Source of the DNA: a virus
Taxonomy: Duplodnaviria > Heunggongvirae > Uroviricota > Caudoviricetes
DNA: 64,000 nt
Strand: one strand, 5' to 3'
IMG/VR virus record: IMGVR_UViG_3300031911_000001
Coordinates: 37,881 to 101,880 of that record
The translations under genes were made by a program, and so were the position numbers. This document shows, in pieces, positions 1 through 8,520 of the stretch (position 1 is its first letter; every line of letters starts with the position of its first letter). The notes under the pieces were generated by a model. That model did not search any database. It had not been told where the DNA came from and worked only from the letters and a program-made list of their open reading frames with translations.

Positions 1-71
1 AACTCAAAGAAGCTCTCGTTGCCGTTGCGGACCCCGAAGTGGAGGTCACCGATGATTGCGATCTTGGTCAT
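1..71 (-). CDS. gp47-like Mre11/SbcD recombination nuclease subunit, N-terminal fragment; gene continues beyond window start
   Basis: Reverse-strand translation from ATG at 71-69 gives MTKIAIIGDLHFGVRNGNESFFE, matching the T4 gp47 N-terminal metallophosphoesterase motif (MKILNLGDWHLG). Open to the window edge. T4 order 47...55 is conserved. Confidence 0.6.
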   Translation of the reverse strand, partial: MTKIAIIGDLHFGVRNGNESFFE

Positions 72-205
72 TATCTTGTTGGCTTGACGAACCATGCGAT
101 ACAGGCAACGCCCACACCGACCTTCCAGCCGTATTGATAGCCAAGGGCTACAGAGCCCCCGACCAATGTGAGCAAATTCAATGCTGCTTCAAAAATCCAT
201 GTCAT
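71..205 (-). CDS. small hydrophobic protein (44 aa)
   Basis: Reverse ORF MTWIFEAALNLLTLVGGSVALGYQYGWKVGVGVACIAWFVKPTR. ATGA overlap with the gp55 stop and TAATG overlap with the gp47 start, typical phage translational coupling. Confidence 0.4.
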   Translation of the reverse strand: MTWIFEAALNLLTLVGGSVALGYQYGWKVGVGVACIAWFVKPTR

Positions 206-888
206 TCCAAAAACTCCAGTAGTCCACCCGGTTCCTGAACAGGCTCGTCGGTGGTTTTCTTTTTACGACCCTTCGACTTCTTCAGATGCTTGGCCTCATA
301 GGTCGAGACCTTTGAATTGAAGTCGTTGTACATCTCCTGAATCGAGGCGTTGCCCGACTCTTGAAGATCGCTCAAGTCCTCGTCACCGAGCATATCTGAC
401 ATGCTGCCCAGTAGCTCAAAAGCCTTGTATTTGTAGTATTGTTGTCGTGCTTCACGTTCAATGCACTTCGTAAAAGTGTTATGACACGTCAACGAGATGT
501 ACCAGAATGGATTTGGCTCCCCTGATCTGGTCGGTGCATCTGGATTGAAGTTGTGCAGGTACGTCAGTGCATTGATGCAAGCATCACCGACCATGTCATC
601 CTTGAAGGAATAGCCACGGAAGTTGAACTTATTGGACATGTTCTTGGCAATGTCCAAAATGCATTTGCCGATGTACTCACTCACACGAGGAGGCTCAGTA
701 CCGTTGGCCTCTGCCTCGGCGATCTGAGCCTTCCAATCTCGAAGAGCCTGTGTGAGCTGCTTCTTGTCGATGTAGTAGCGTTCCTTTTTGGTGACCGCCT
801 CGACAGTTGATTCTTCTGGTTCTGGGGGTGTCCCCGGGAAAGTCAGGGTATCGATCTGACTTTCTGAAATGACTTCTCGACTGTGCAT
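202..888 (-). CDS. late transcription sigma factor (T4 gp55 homolog)
   Basis: 228 aa. KQLTQALRDWK...FNFRGYSF...LHNF...CHNTFTKCIEREARQQYYKYKAF aligns with T4 gp55 (KELLQAIIDWK...RFNFSGYT...GLHNFD...ACFNAFVQRIKKERK). RBS GAGGA 7 nt upstream. Confidence 0.8.
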   Translation of the reverse strand: MHSREVISESQIDTLTFPGTPPEPEESTVEAVTKKERYYIDKKQLTQALRDWKAQIAEAEANGTEPPRVSEYIGKCILDIAKNMSNKFNFRGYSFKDDMVGDACINALTYLHNFNPDAPTRSGEPNPFWYISLTCHNTFTKCIEREARQQYYKYKAFELLGSMSDMLGDEDLSDLQESGNASIQEMYNDFNSKVSTYEAKHLKKSKGRKKKTTDEPVQEPGGLLEFLE

Positions 889-1445
889 CTAAATTCCTCG
901 TCCGAAATGAATCGGATATCTGCTGTTGAGGAACTCTTACTCCAATCGACCTGACGACAGCCCCTATCGGCCCACTCGTCTGCGATCTCATTTCCACGGA
1001 CACCTGAGTGTCCCTTTACCCATTCAATAGTTGAATTTCCATGGGCATCCCACAATGTATAAAGCGGTTCCAGTAAATCTCGGTTTTTTATACCGTTGAA
1101 CGCATATTTTACATGCTTGTGACGCCACTCATTAATTGATTTAATGACATATTGGGCGTCAGAAATGAACTTCAATTGAAGGTTCGGATTCTGGTAGAAA
1201 AGAGCCAGTGCATATAGCACCCCTCCAATCTCTCCCCTTCCGTTTGTCGAGGTAGGCTTGAAGTGCCCGTACCTCACAAATAGCTTCTCAGGACTCATGT
1301 GGACCATTGCCCACCCTGCGTATCCATCGGGTTTGCCGTTCTTCTGGACAGACCCGTCGGTGTAGATTTCAAACATTGAATATTTCCACTTCATCGAACC
1401 TGTAGCGGGTGTAATTGGCACAGACCGGATAGACGTGGTTGTCAA
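843..1445 (-). CDS. rnhA: ribonuclease HI
   Basis: MFEIYTDGS...EWVKGHSGVRGNEIADEWA matches the RNase HI catalytic core. True start may be an internal Met (MKWKYSMFEIY). Overlaps gp55 by 46 nt. Confidence 0.75.
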   Translation of the reverse strand: MTTTSIRSVPITPATGSMKWKYSMFEIYTDGSVQKNGKPDGYAGWAMVHMSPEKLFVRYGHFKPTSTNGRGEIGGVLYALALFYQNPNLQLKFISDAQYVIKSINEWRHKHVKYAFNGIKNRDLLEPLYTLWDAHGNSTIEWVKGHSGVRGNEIADEWADRGCRQVDWSKSSSTADIRFISDEEFRCTVEKSFQKVRSIP

Positions 1446-1492
1446 TCCTATTGAGCCTGAACACTTGCCCGGTCGCCTTGATTCTGACCAGC

Positions 1493-1759
1493 TTACACAT
1501 TGAGCGGCACCCCATTCTGAATGAGACGTCGACCCAATGCAAAGGTCAGTTCACGGAGCTGCTCGTTCTTTTCCTTGACGAACTGACGGAGGCCTTCGAG
1601 CTCACGGGTCGTCGAAACCGGAAGCTCATGCTTCATTAGGAACTCGTCAAATGCGGCATCCACCAACGGGCAAGTCTCTCCGACCTGCTTGAAGGAATAC
1701 TTAACTGCTTGGTACTCGGTATCTGTCATGGAACGGACTTTACCGTTCCAATCTATCAC
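1493..1759 (-). CDS. hypothetical protein (88 aa)
   Basis: ORF with start overlapping upstream gene stop. Confidence 0.5.
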   Translation of the reverse strand: MIDWNGKVRSMTDTEYQAVKYSFKQVGETCPLVDAAFDEFLMKHELPVSTTRELEGLRQFVKEKNEQLRELTFALGRRLIQNGVPLNV

Positions 1760-2532
1760 AGCTTCTTGAATATGCTCAGATCAACGTTGTCGATGATGAT
1801 TTGACCATTGCCTGGCAAGACGGCGGCACCATGCGATGCAGACTTGAGGCGGATCGTGAAGACATGCTTGCTATCGACGACGGCATGTACGACCTCCAGA
1901 GACGGCTGGGTGTCAGGGGCCGGCCCAAGCAAGTAGACCGCACTTTGAGCCGAGTATTCTGAATCGTAAACCCCTGAGCTTACCCCGGCAACGGCAAGCG
2001 CAAACGGGATCGTAGCAAAGGAGAGGAAGCCACCGACGTCGCAGGTGTATTCGATGCGTCCAGACAATGACGAGCCCATGGCGAAACTGGCCGACACTGG
2101 GATCACTGCCTCAAGGATGTTCTTTGGGCCGGCAGCAATGTCTGACTCAGTGAACTTGACCACCAGACGGTTCAGAGGATTGGGCAGACGATCATTGAGA
2201 TCGAACAGGTCCGCATAGTCCACCTTGACCATGCCGAGGTTCGTCTTCTGGTAGATGCCGATGTTGTCTGTATTGGAGTCGTAGAGGACACGGCCAAGTT
2301 GACCTTCTTCCAAGTCGGCAGACGCACCATCCAACAGGGCACTGAGCGTCGGGTAGTCAACCACGTGAACCGTGTAGTTGAGTTCCTCAAGCTGCTTGAT
2401 CAGCCCCGCCATCGTCTTGAGCGGGCCGCTGGTGGTCTGGATCAGGGTTCCTTCGCTGCCGTTGACGAAGGCGTCCACCTTGGCAACAAGGGCTGCTAGT
2501 TTTTCGGTTGATTCTGTGATTGTCGGTGTCAT
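1756..2532 (-). CDS. hypothetical protein (258 aa), possibly structural
   Basis: Long ORF with AGAGGA RBS. Upstream CTTAAATA (candidate T4-type late promoter variant). Confidence 0.6.
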   Translation of the reverse strand: MTPTITESTEKLAALVAKVDAFVNGSEGTLIQTTSGPLKTMAGLIKQLEELNYTVHVVDYPTLSALLDGASADLEEGQLGRVLYDSNTDNIGIYQKTNLGMVKVDYADLFDLNDRLPNPLNRLVVKFTESDIAAGPKNILEAVIPVSASFAMGSSLSGRIEYTCDVGGFLSFATIPFALAVAGVSSGVYDSEYSAQSAVYLLGPAPDTQPSLEVVHAVVDSKHVFTIRLKSASHGAAVLPGNGQIIIDNVDLSIFKKL

Positions 2533-2580
2533 GGGTTGTCCTCTGTGTGGTATTTAAGTATATGAAGTAGAGGACTCACC

Positions 2581-3330
2581 ATGTCAACAGTACCGACAAA
2601 ATACCGCTCATCATACACCGGACAACAGATTGACCGACTGCTCGGCTCGATCTCAAGCAAGCTCGATGCGACGGCCATCAAGAACGACTTCCTTGGAGGT
2701 GAAGGTCAAGTCGCATCGGCTGAGCTTGCAAAGATTCTCAACGATCAGTTCCAACAGTTCCTGGACCCGAACTTCTTCCGAGACCTGATCCAGAACATCC
2801 CCGACAACAACCTGTTCACGGACGAGGACAAGGCCAAGCTCGATGCGGTTGACAACACGACATATAAGGGCGTGTTCCTGAACTCGGCTGACCGATCTGC
2901 AAACCTCTCCACCTCTGGCTTCACCGGCAAGGAAATCACCTTCCTGCTCGATGACGGTGAGGGCCTTCAGGCTTGGGACTACTGGGACACATCGACTTCA
3001 TCGTGGGAGAAAGCCAAGCTGGTCACTGCCGATGAACTGGCTAACCTGACCTTCCCTACGGTCGGCACCGGTGTCCTCGCAACCTTCGACAAGACAGAGC
3101 GTCGGGTCGGCAAGTTCGTCGTCTACGGCACCAAGGTGCTTGACTTCCAGAGCTTTGAGTTCCTCGTCGGTACGAATGGCACAGACACTTTCATCTCGGC
3201 CTTCGGTGAGGTCGGCAATGCTCAACTCTTCGACGTAGACGCTCAGGTGTCTGGTGACACGATCAACGTCCGGGTGACTACCCTCACCTCTGGGGTTACG
3301 GTCTCAGGTCGTCGTCTGACTAACTTCTAA
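2581..3330 (+). CDS. hypothetical protein (249 aa)
   Basis: ORF with GAGGA RBS, divergent from 1756..2532. Confidence 0.6.
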   Translation: MSTVPTKYRSSYTGQQIDRLLGSISSKLDATAIKNDFLGGEGQVASAELAKILNDQFQQFLDPNFFRDLIQNIPDNNLFTDEDKAKLDAVDNTTYKGVFLNSADRSANLSTSGFTGKEITFLLDDGEGLQAWDYWDTSTSSWEKAKLVTADELANLTFPTVGTGVLATFDKTERRVGKFVVYGTKVLDFQSFEFLVGTNGTDTFISAFGEVGNAQLFDVDAQVSGDTINVRVTTLTSGVTVSGRRLTNF

Positions 3331-3381
3331 CCTTTAAAAATCCTTCAAAAATCGACATGTCTACCTGATGTGTCGATTCCA

Positions 3382-3546
3382 TCAACAGGCATTCGGGTGA
3401 ATGCCTTTCGCCATACAGAATCCATGCCACATCCACTCCACGTGCTCCTCTAAGTAGTAGCCGTTCGTAGACTTGCTTACGCTGTACTTCTTCATCGCGA
3501 TGGCTTCAAACTGTTCTCTTGGCGTCATCTTCTTCCTTTTGTTCAT
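3382..3546 (-). CDS. small hypothetical protein (54 aa)
   Basis: Reverse ORF MNKRKKMTPREQFEAIAMKKYSVSKSTNGYYLEEHVEWMWHGFCMAKGIHPNAC. Weak RBS. Confidence 0.3.
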   Translation of the reverse strand: MNKRKKMTPREQFEAIAMKKYSVSKSTNGYYLEEHVEWMWHGFCMAKGIHPNAC

Positions 3547-3908
3547 GATCTTCTTACTTTCCCAATCCTTGGGTAGAAGATTTTAACAATCAACTACTTT
3601 AAGGACCATCCGCAGGTCGGATGCTCACTGGTACTCGTTTCACTCAAGGCTACTGTGCTCCGTCACACCGCCTACAGACCTCAGGACGTTGCCTGGACAT
3701 ACGGTCTTCCCATCGTCGACACCTCTTTAGGGACTGTTCGACACCTTCACGAGCCACCTGATGTCTGCTCGTGTTGGCCTTGCTGGTCCATCCAATATGT
3801 ATAGTCCACCCCTGAAGGTGCCCTTAGTCGCGGCTTCGCAAATCGGAGCAAGCTCACCGCACGTTCCACTACTATAACACGGGTTGAGAGTCATGTCAAA
3901 CTTGAGTT

Positions 3909-3935
3909 GAATTCATTGATGTGTTATAATCCACG
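3909..3935 (+). promoter_or_regulatory. sigma70-like promoter (TTGAGT-N17-TATAAT) abutting the topoisomerase start codon
   Basis: Read in sequence: cttgagttgaattcattgatgtgttataatccacgtATG. -10 lies only about 6 nt before ATG 3937, so the mRNA may be leaderless. Confidence 0.35.
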
Positions 3936-3936
3936 T

Positions 3937-5808
3937 ATGCCCATTGATCTTTCAAAGTACAAAAAACTTAACGAGATTGACCACGTCCTTCTGCGGCCCG
4001 GTCGATACCTCGGAACAGTAGCACCCCAAAGTCAGCACACATATGTCTTCCGGGACAGCAAGGTGGTCTGGCGAGACGTGGTGTACTCACCGGCCTTCCT
4101 CAAGCTGTTCGATGAAATCATCAGTAACTCGGTGGACTTCTCGAAGAAGCCAGAAGGCAAACACCTTAACAGGATCGAGATCACTGCGTCAATGTTGACC
4201 GGTGAAATCAGCATCTATGACAACGGGGGAATCCCGGTCGTGATGCACCCTGAGCACAATCAGTGGTTGCCGGACATGCTGCTTGGCGAACTGCGCTCAG
4301 GGTCGAACTTCAATGACGATGAGGCCAATGAGACGACTGGGCAGAACGGTGAGGGCGCATCCCTTGCAGGTATCTTCTCGACGAGCTTCCATGTACAGAC
4401 GGCCGACCGGAAGCAGTCGTTCGATCGCAAGTACCTGAGCAACTTCAAGGAACGCACCAACATCACCGTCAAGCCGAGCAAGGAAGGGTTCACGCGCATT
4501 ACCTACATGCCTGACTATGACCGGCTCGGCATCACGATGGACCAGGACCACTTCGACATGATCGAACGTCGGGCCTATGAGGTGGCGGCCTGTAACCCTC
4601 ACCTCAAGGTGTTCTTCAACAGCCACCGGATCAACCTGAACAACTTCAAGGATTTTGCCCTGCTGTTCGATCCCGATGTGATCTACACCGAGAGCGACAA
4701 GTGGCAGATTGCCGTCGGCTTGAGCCAAGACGGTTTCAAGCAGGTTAGCTTCGTGAACAGCACCCTGACTAGCAGTGGCGGCACTCACATTGACTACATC
4801 AACGACAAGATCGTAGCGGGCATCCGGGAGAAGATTCAAAAGAAGACGAAGCAGCAGGTGCGGCCGTCAGACATCAACAGTCACTTCTTCCTGTTCGTTA
4901 ATGCTCGGATCGACAAACCCCGTTACTCAAGCCAGACCAAGGAAGACCTCAAGTCGGATTGGAAGACTTGGGGCAGCGTACCCGACATTGACGACAAGTT
5001 CCTGAAGAAGATTCTGAGCAGCAAGATCGTCGAAGAGGTCATCGAGTGGGCCCTTCGGAAGAAGGCCATGGAGGATGCCAAGGCCGTCAAGGACAAGACG
5101 ACCAAGAAGAAGTCCTTCAATGATATTCTCAAATACGAGCCGGCTGGCGAGAAGGTTGATCGGTCCAAGTGCATACTGATTGTGTGTGAGGGGGATTCTG
5201 CCTCGGGACCATTGCTCGAAGCACGTAACCCGAACCTGCATGGGGTCTACCCACTGCGAGGCAAATCGATGAACGTGCGGGATACCGACATTGCCACTGT
5301 CAAGAAGAATGATGAGCTCATTAACCTGATGCGGATCATCGGGTTGGAGATTGGTAAGGTGCCTGTGCGTAGTGAGCTACGATATCATCACTTGCTGGTC
5401 GCCACTGACCAAGACTGGGACGGCCACCACATCCGGGGCCTCGTCATCAATCTGTTCCAAACCTTCTGGCCGTCATTGCTGTCAGAAGGCTTCGTACTGG
5501 GTCTGCAGACGCCGATCGTCCGAGTCGAGCAGAGCAAGAAGATGCTTGAGTTCTTCACCGAGGATGACTACCTTGCTTGGCAGGCCTCACAATCGAAGCC
5601 GTTCACCAGCACCTACCTGAAGGGTCTGGGTGGCAACACAGCGGAGCACTTCAAGAAGTTTTTGGCTTCTGACGAATTCTTCGTACAATACACTTTTGAT
5701 GGACCAGAGGACTTTGCCGCCATGGACATTGCATATCAACACGGTAGCGGAAGCGCCGATCAACGGAAGGTTTGGCTGTATGGCGATCAAGAAGATTCCG
5801 GCTCGTGA
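3937..5808 (+). CDS. DNA topoisomerase II large subunit (T4 gp39+gp60 fused; GyrB-like ATPase + Toprim)
   Basis: ORF track 3907..5808. Likely start MPIDLSKYKKLNEIDHVLLRPGRYLG (T4 gp39 begins similarly). GHKL ATPase motifs (ISIYDNGGIPV), Toprim EGDSASG. 624-633 aa covers both gp39 and gp60. Confidence 0.85.
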   Translation: MPIDLSKYKKLNEIDHVLLRPGRYLGTVAPQSQHTYVFRDSKVVWRDVVYSPAFLKLFDEIISNSVDFSKKPEGKHLNRIEITASMLTGEISIYDNGGIPVVMHPEHNQWLPDMLLGELRSGSNFNDDEANETTGQNGEGASLAGIFSTSFHVQTADRKQSFDRKYLSNFKERTNITVKPSKEGFTRITYMPDYDRLGITMDQDHFDMIERRAYEVAACNPHLKVFFNSHRINLNNFKDFALLFDPDVIYTESDKWQIAVGLSQDGFKQVSFVNSTLTSSGGTHIDYINDKIVAGIREKIQKKTKQQVRPSDINSHFFLFVNARIDKPRYSSQTKEDLKSDWKTWGSVPDIDDKFLKKILSSKIVEEVIEWALRKKAMEDAKAVKDKTTKKKSFNDILKYEPAGEKVDRSKCILIVCEGDSASGPLLEARNPNLHGVYPLRGKSMNVRDTDIATVKKNDELINLMRIIGLEIGKVPVRSELRYHHLLVATDQDWDGHHIRGLVINLFQTFWPSLLSEGFVLGLQTPIVRVEQSKKMLEFFTEDDYLAWQASQSKPFTSTYLKGLGGNTAEHFKKFLASDEFFVQYTFDGPEDFAAMDIAYQHGSGSADQRKVWLYGDQEDSGS

Positions 5809-7132
5809 ATTTGTTGCCCGTGAGCTAAGAGGAGCCGGGGACTACTTCAACCGACGTTCCCTCCCCCACTTGATGGACGGCCTCAAGACTGGTCAACGCA
5901 AGGTGATCAGTGCGGCCTTGGACATGTCTGCCGCCGACAAGATCAAGGTGAGCAGCCTCGGGGCACGTGCCGTAGAGACGAAGGCATACCACCACGGTGA
6001 CGCCTCATTGCAGGACACCATTGTCAGATTGGCACAACAGTTTCCGGGCAGCAACAACGTGAGCCTGCTGGAGCCGCTGGGTAGCTTCGGCACCGCCAAG
6101 AACAAGCAGGGTAGTGCTCCACGGTACATCTCGACCCGGTTGAGCAAGGCGTTCTGGCAATACTTTGACAAGCGTGACCAGAAGATCGTGACGCCCCTGT
6201 ACGACGACGGTGAAGAGATTGAGCCGGCCTTCTTCATCCCCATGTTGCCGATGATCTTGATCAACGGTGCATCAGGCCCCGGTACGGGCTACTCTTCCAA
6301 CATCCTCCAGTATCAGCCCAAGGAACTGAAGCGCGCGATCCTCGAACTGTGCAAGGACGGCGCAATAGGAAAGCCCCTGACGCCTTGGCTGAACGGGTGG
6401 AAGGGTAAGGTAGTAAAGGACCAGACGACCGGGCAGGTGGCGTTCTATGGGGTCGTGGAGGTACAGACAAAGACCAAGCTCGTCGTTACAGAGATTCCAC
6501 ACAGCATGGACCTGATCAAGTACAAGACACACTTGAACAAGCTCATCGAGAAGGAAATCATCAAGGACTACACGAACGCGTCTGGCACCGGTGAGTGGAG
6601 GATCGAGATTCAGGTCGCCAGAGACTTCACCGAGAAGAACAGCCCTGAGAAAATCCTTGACATCCTTGGCTTGATCCATCGGACGACCGAGACAATCGTC
6701 TGTTGGGGGGTTGACAGCACGAAGCCTCGGGTGTTTAATACGGCCGAGGAACTTCTGGTAGAGTGGTTCACCGAGCGGATCAAGCTGTCTGGTGTAGCCC
6801 TCAACAACCTCATCGAGGAAGAAGAAGACGCCCTGATCTGGTTGCGCATCAAACGTGCATTCCTGGCATGGTGGGCAGACAACAACGATGAGGTGGTCAA
6901 GCTCTCGAAGAAAGAAATTCAAGAAAAAATCGTGCAAGAGATCGTTTTGCTAAACGAACACCCTAAGTATCTCACACGATTGATGGATATCAAAGTTTTT
7001 AACCTAGCCTCAGACGAGATAGAAATGCTCAACCACCAGATTATTGCTAAAGAGAATGACGTCGCCAAGCTGCGCGGCTTCTCACCGGCATCGTGGTATC
7101 AGACCAACCTCGAAGGAGTAGGGCTGGCCTAA
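5780..7132 (+). CDS. DNA topoisomerase II medium subunit (T4 gp52, GyrA-like)
   Basis: Start taken at MAIKKIPAREF (overlaps gp39 end by 29 nt). GyrA-like breakage-reunion domain. 451 aa versus T4 gp52 442 aa. Confidence 0.8.
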   Translation: MAIKKIPAREFVARELRGAGDYFNRRSLPHLMDGLKTGQRKVISAALDMSAADKIKVSSLGARAVETKAYHHGDASLQDTIVRLAQQFPGSNNVSLLEPLGSFGTAKNKQGSAPRYISTRLSKAFWQYFDKRDQKIVTPLYDDGEEIEPAFFIPMLPMILINGASGPGTGYSSNILQYQPKELKRAILELCKDGAIGKPLTPWLNGWKGKVVKDQTTGQVAFYGVVEVQTKTKLVVTEIPHSMDLIKYKTHLNKLIEKEIIKDYTNASGTGEWRIEIQVARDFTEKNSPEKILDILGLIHRTTETIVCWGVDSTKPRVFNTAEELLVEWFTERIKLSGVALNNLIEEEEDALIWLRIKRAFLAWWADNNDEVVKLSKKEIQEKIVQEIVLLNEHPKYLTRLMDIKVFNLASDEIEMLNHQIIAKENDVAKLRGFSPASWYQTNLEGVGLA

Positions 7133-7160
7133 GGAACAGGAACGATCTACGTTCATCCTC

Positions 7161-7197
7161 AAGGCCACCCTTAAACCGGTGGCCTTCGTTGTTTTTG
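7161..7197 (+). terminator. rho-independent terminator after topoisomerase genes
   Basis: aaggccacc-cttaaac-cggtggcctt followed by cgttgtttttgt. Confidence 0.6.
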
Positions 7198-7544
7198 TAT
7201 GCCTCGTGACATTGAATGTCATACTAAAGTCAAGGGTCATACAAAAACATTGAATTTGAAGTGTTATACTTTGGACATGATGCAAAACAACGTAACCCGT
7301 TAGTTTTGCCGCCAAGGGAAACTGGAAGGCAGGTGATCGAACCTACTTCCCTAGATGTTCATTAACAAACTAGAAACAAAACGGATGGTCCGGTGGAACA
7401 CACAGGTGGCGATAACGTCTACCTGCCACCGGAACCATTTCTAAGCCTCTGTCAGGTGACGTGCGCTGGCAGGCGGAAAGCATATCGAAAGATCACTGCA
7501 ACCCATAGCTACCCGGAAACACAGGCCGGGTCTAGTGACAGATG

Positions 7545-7627
7545 CTTAGAAATGGGGTGTGTTGGGTGCTGGAATACCCAAGGGATTGTAAATCCCCCGT
7601 CTCTGACATGTTGGTTCGAGTCCAACC
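7545..7627 (+). tRNA. tRNA-Tyr (GTA), type II
   Basis: Acceptor gggtgtg/cataccc+A+CCA, anticodon loop ttGTAaa, 12-nt variable arm, T-arm gttgg-ttcgagt-ccaac. Confidence 0.7.
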
Positions 7628-7680
7628 ATACCCACCAAGTATATTGCGTGTCGCTTTTCGATGTAGAAGCGACACGGAAG

Positions 7681-7756
7681 GCGCCTCTAGCTCAGTGAAT
7701 AGAGCAACGGACTTCTACCCCGTGGGTCGGGGGTTTGAATCCCTCGAGGCGCACCA
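7681..7756 (+). tRNA. tRNA-Arg (TCT)
   Basis: Acceptor gcgcctc/gaggcgc+A+CCA, D-arm tagctcagtgaatagagc, anticodon loop ctTCTac. Confidence 0.75.
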
Positions 7757-7766
7757 AGTTTAATGT

Positions 7767-7844
7767 CCGTTCGTAGCTCAGTCTGGTCAGAGTTCTCGCC
7801 CTGGAAGCGAGGGGTCCGTGGTTCGAATCCACGCGGGCGGACCA
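7767..7844 (+). tRNA. tRNA-Pro (TGG)
   Basis: Acceptor ccgttcg/cgggcgg+A+CCA, anticodon stem ctcgc/gcgag with loop ccTGGaa, T-loop ggttcgaatcc. Confidence 0.8.
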
Positions 7845-7852
7845 ATTTTTGT

Positions 7853-7934
7853 GGGTTAGTTGATATGTTGGGAAGTGATCGCCTCTCACCTATGAGAGGG
7901 GAAATCGGGAGTTCGAGTCTCCTCTGATCCACCA
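7853..7934 (+). tRNA. atypical tRNA (full cloverleaf but 8-nt or 6-nt anticodon loop cacctatg; anticodon unassignable, possibly CTA-containing)
   Basis: Acceptor gggttag/ctgatcc all paired, +A+CCA. T-arm gggag-ttcgagt-ctcct. Anticodon stem cctct/agagg encloses 8 nt. Confidence 0.4.
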
Positions 7935-8242
7935 AAAGATTCCATGAGCCTAGCCAGCATCGCCTGTGTCCATTGAAGCTCCGATGAGGGGTGGAGGACA
8001 TTCTCAACGGGCCAGGAAGCGTGAGGAAGATGGCTGCTCCCTCTTCTCCTTACACGGGAGTGACAACCGATACCATCGTGTAGTGTCTAGATGGTTAGAG
8101 TCCAAGTGGTGCACCGCTGAAGACCGACTCGGATTGCTGGGGTGTACACCACGTGACAACCTACGTTAGTGGATTGGGCCAGTCGATGGTGGCCTCGTGA
8201 TTTGAAGCTTTCGATCAGTACACGACCTCTGCTGATCACCCT

Positions 8243-8318
8243 GCTCGGGTAACTCAGTTGGTAGAGTAATCGCTTGATAAGCGATAAGTCGCTGGTTCGA
8301 ACCCAGCTCTGAGCACCA
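8243..8318 (+). tRNA. tRNA-Ile (GAT)
   Basis: Acceptor gctcggg/tctgagc+A+CCA, anticodon stem atcgc/gcgat with loop ttGATaa, T-arm gctgg-ttcgaac-ccagc. Confidence 0.8.
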
Positions 8319-8393
8319 AGATTTTGACTGACTGGGTACAAGGCCCAGCTAGGATTCGGTATCCTAGAGCCTCAAGAGGAAGCTACAGTCTTT

Positions 8394-8470
8394 GCCCCGG
8401 TGGTGGAATCGGTAGACACACCCGCCTCAGAAGCGGTTCGCTGAGAGTTCGAGTCTCTCCTAGGGCACCA
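8394..8470 (+). tRNA. tRNA with Leu anticodon CAG but short (5-nt) variable arm (class-I-like tRNA-Leu)
   Basis: Acceptor gccccgg/ctagggc, discriminator A, CCA. Leu-like D-arm ggtggtggaatcggtagacac. Anticodon loop ctCAGaa. Variable tcgct. T-arm gagag-ttcgagt-ctctc. 77 nt. Confidence 0.55.
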
Positions 8471-8520
8471 AGTTTTGATGAAGATCGTGGTTCAAAGCCA
8501 CGGCAATGACCATATCGAAA

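Noticed and set aside
3907-3936. Using the upstream ATG (3907) as topoisomerase start
   Set aside because: The conserved N-terminus begins at MPIDLSKY. The extra 10 codons would overlap the TATAAT box and have no RBS. Kept as an alternative.
4297-4839. Antisense ORFs inside topoisomerase, NrdA (24254..25153), ligase (19155..20000), collagen gene (30449..31375, 30697..30987), tape-measure gene (42471..43193, 43130..44047) and NrdB (25734..26252)
   Set aside because: They sit within genes that have strong homology on the opposite strand. Such ORFs are a known high-GC artefact.
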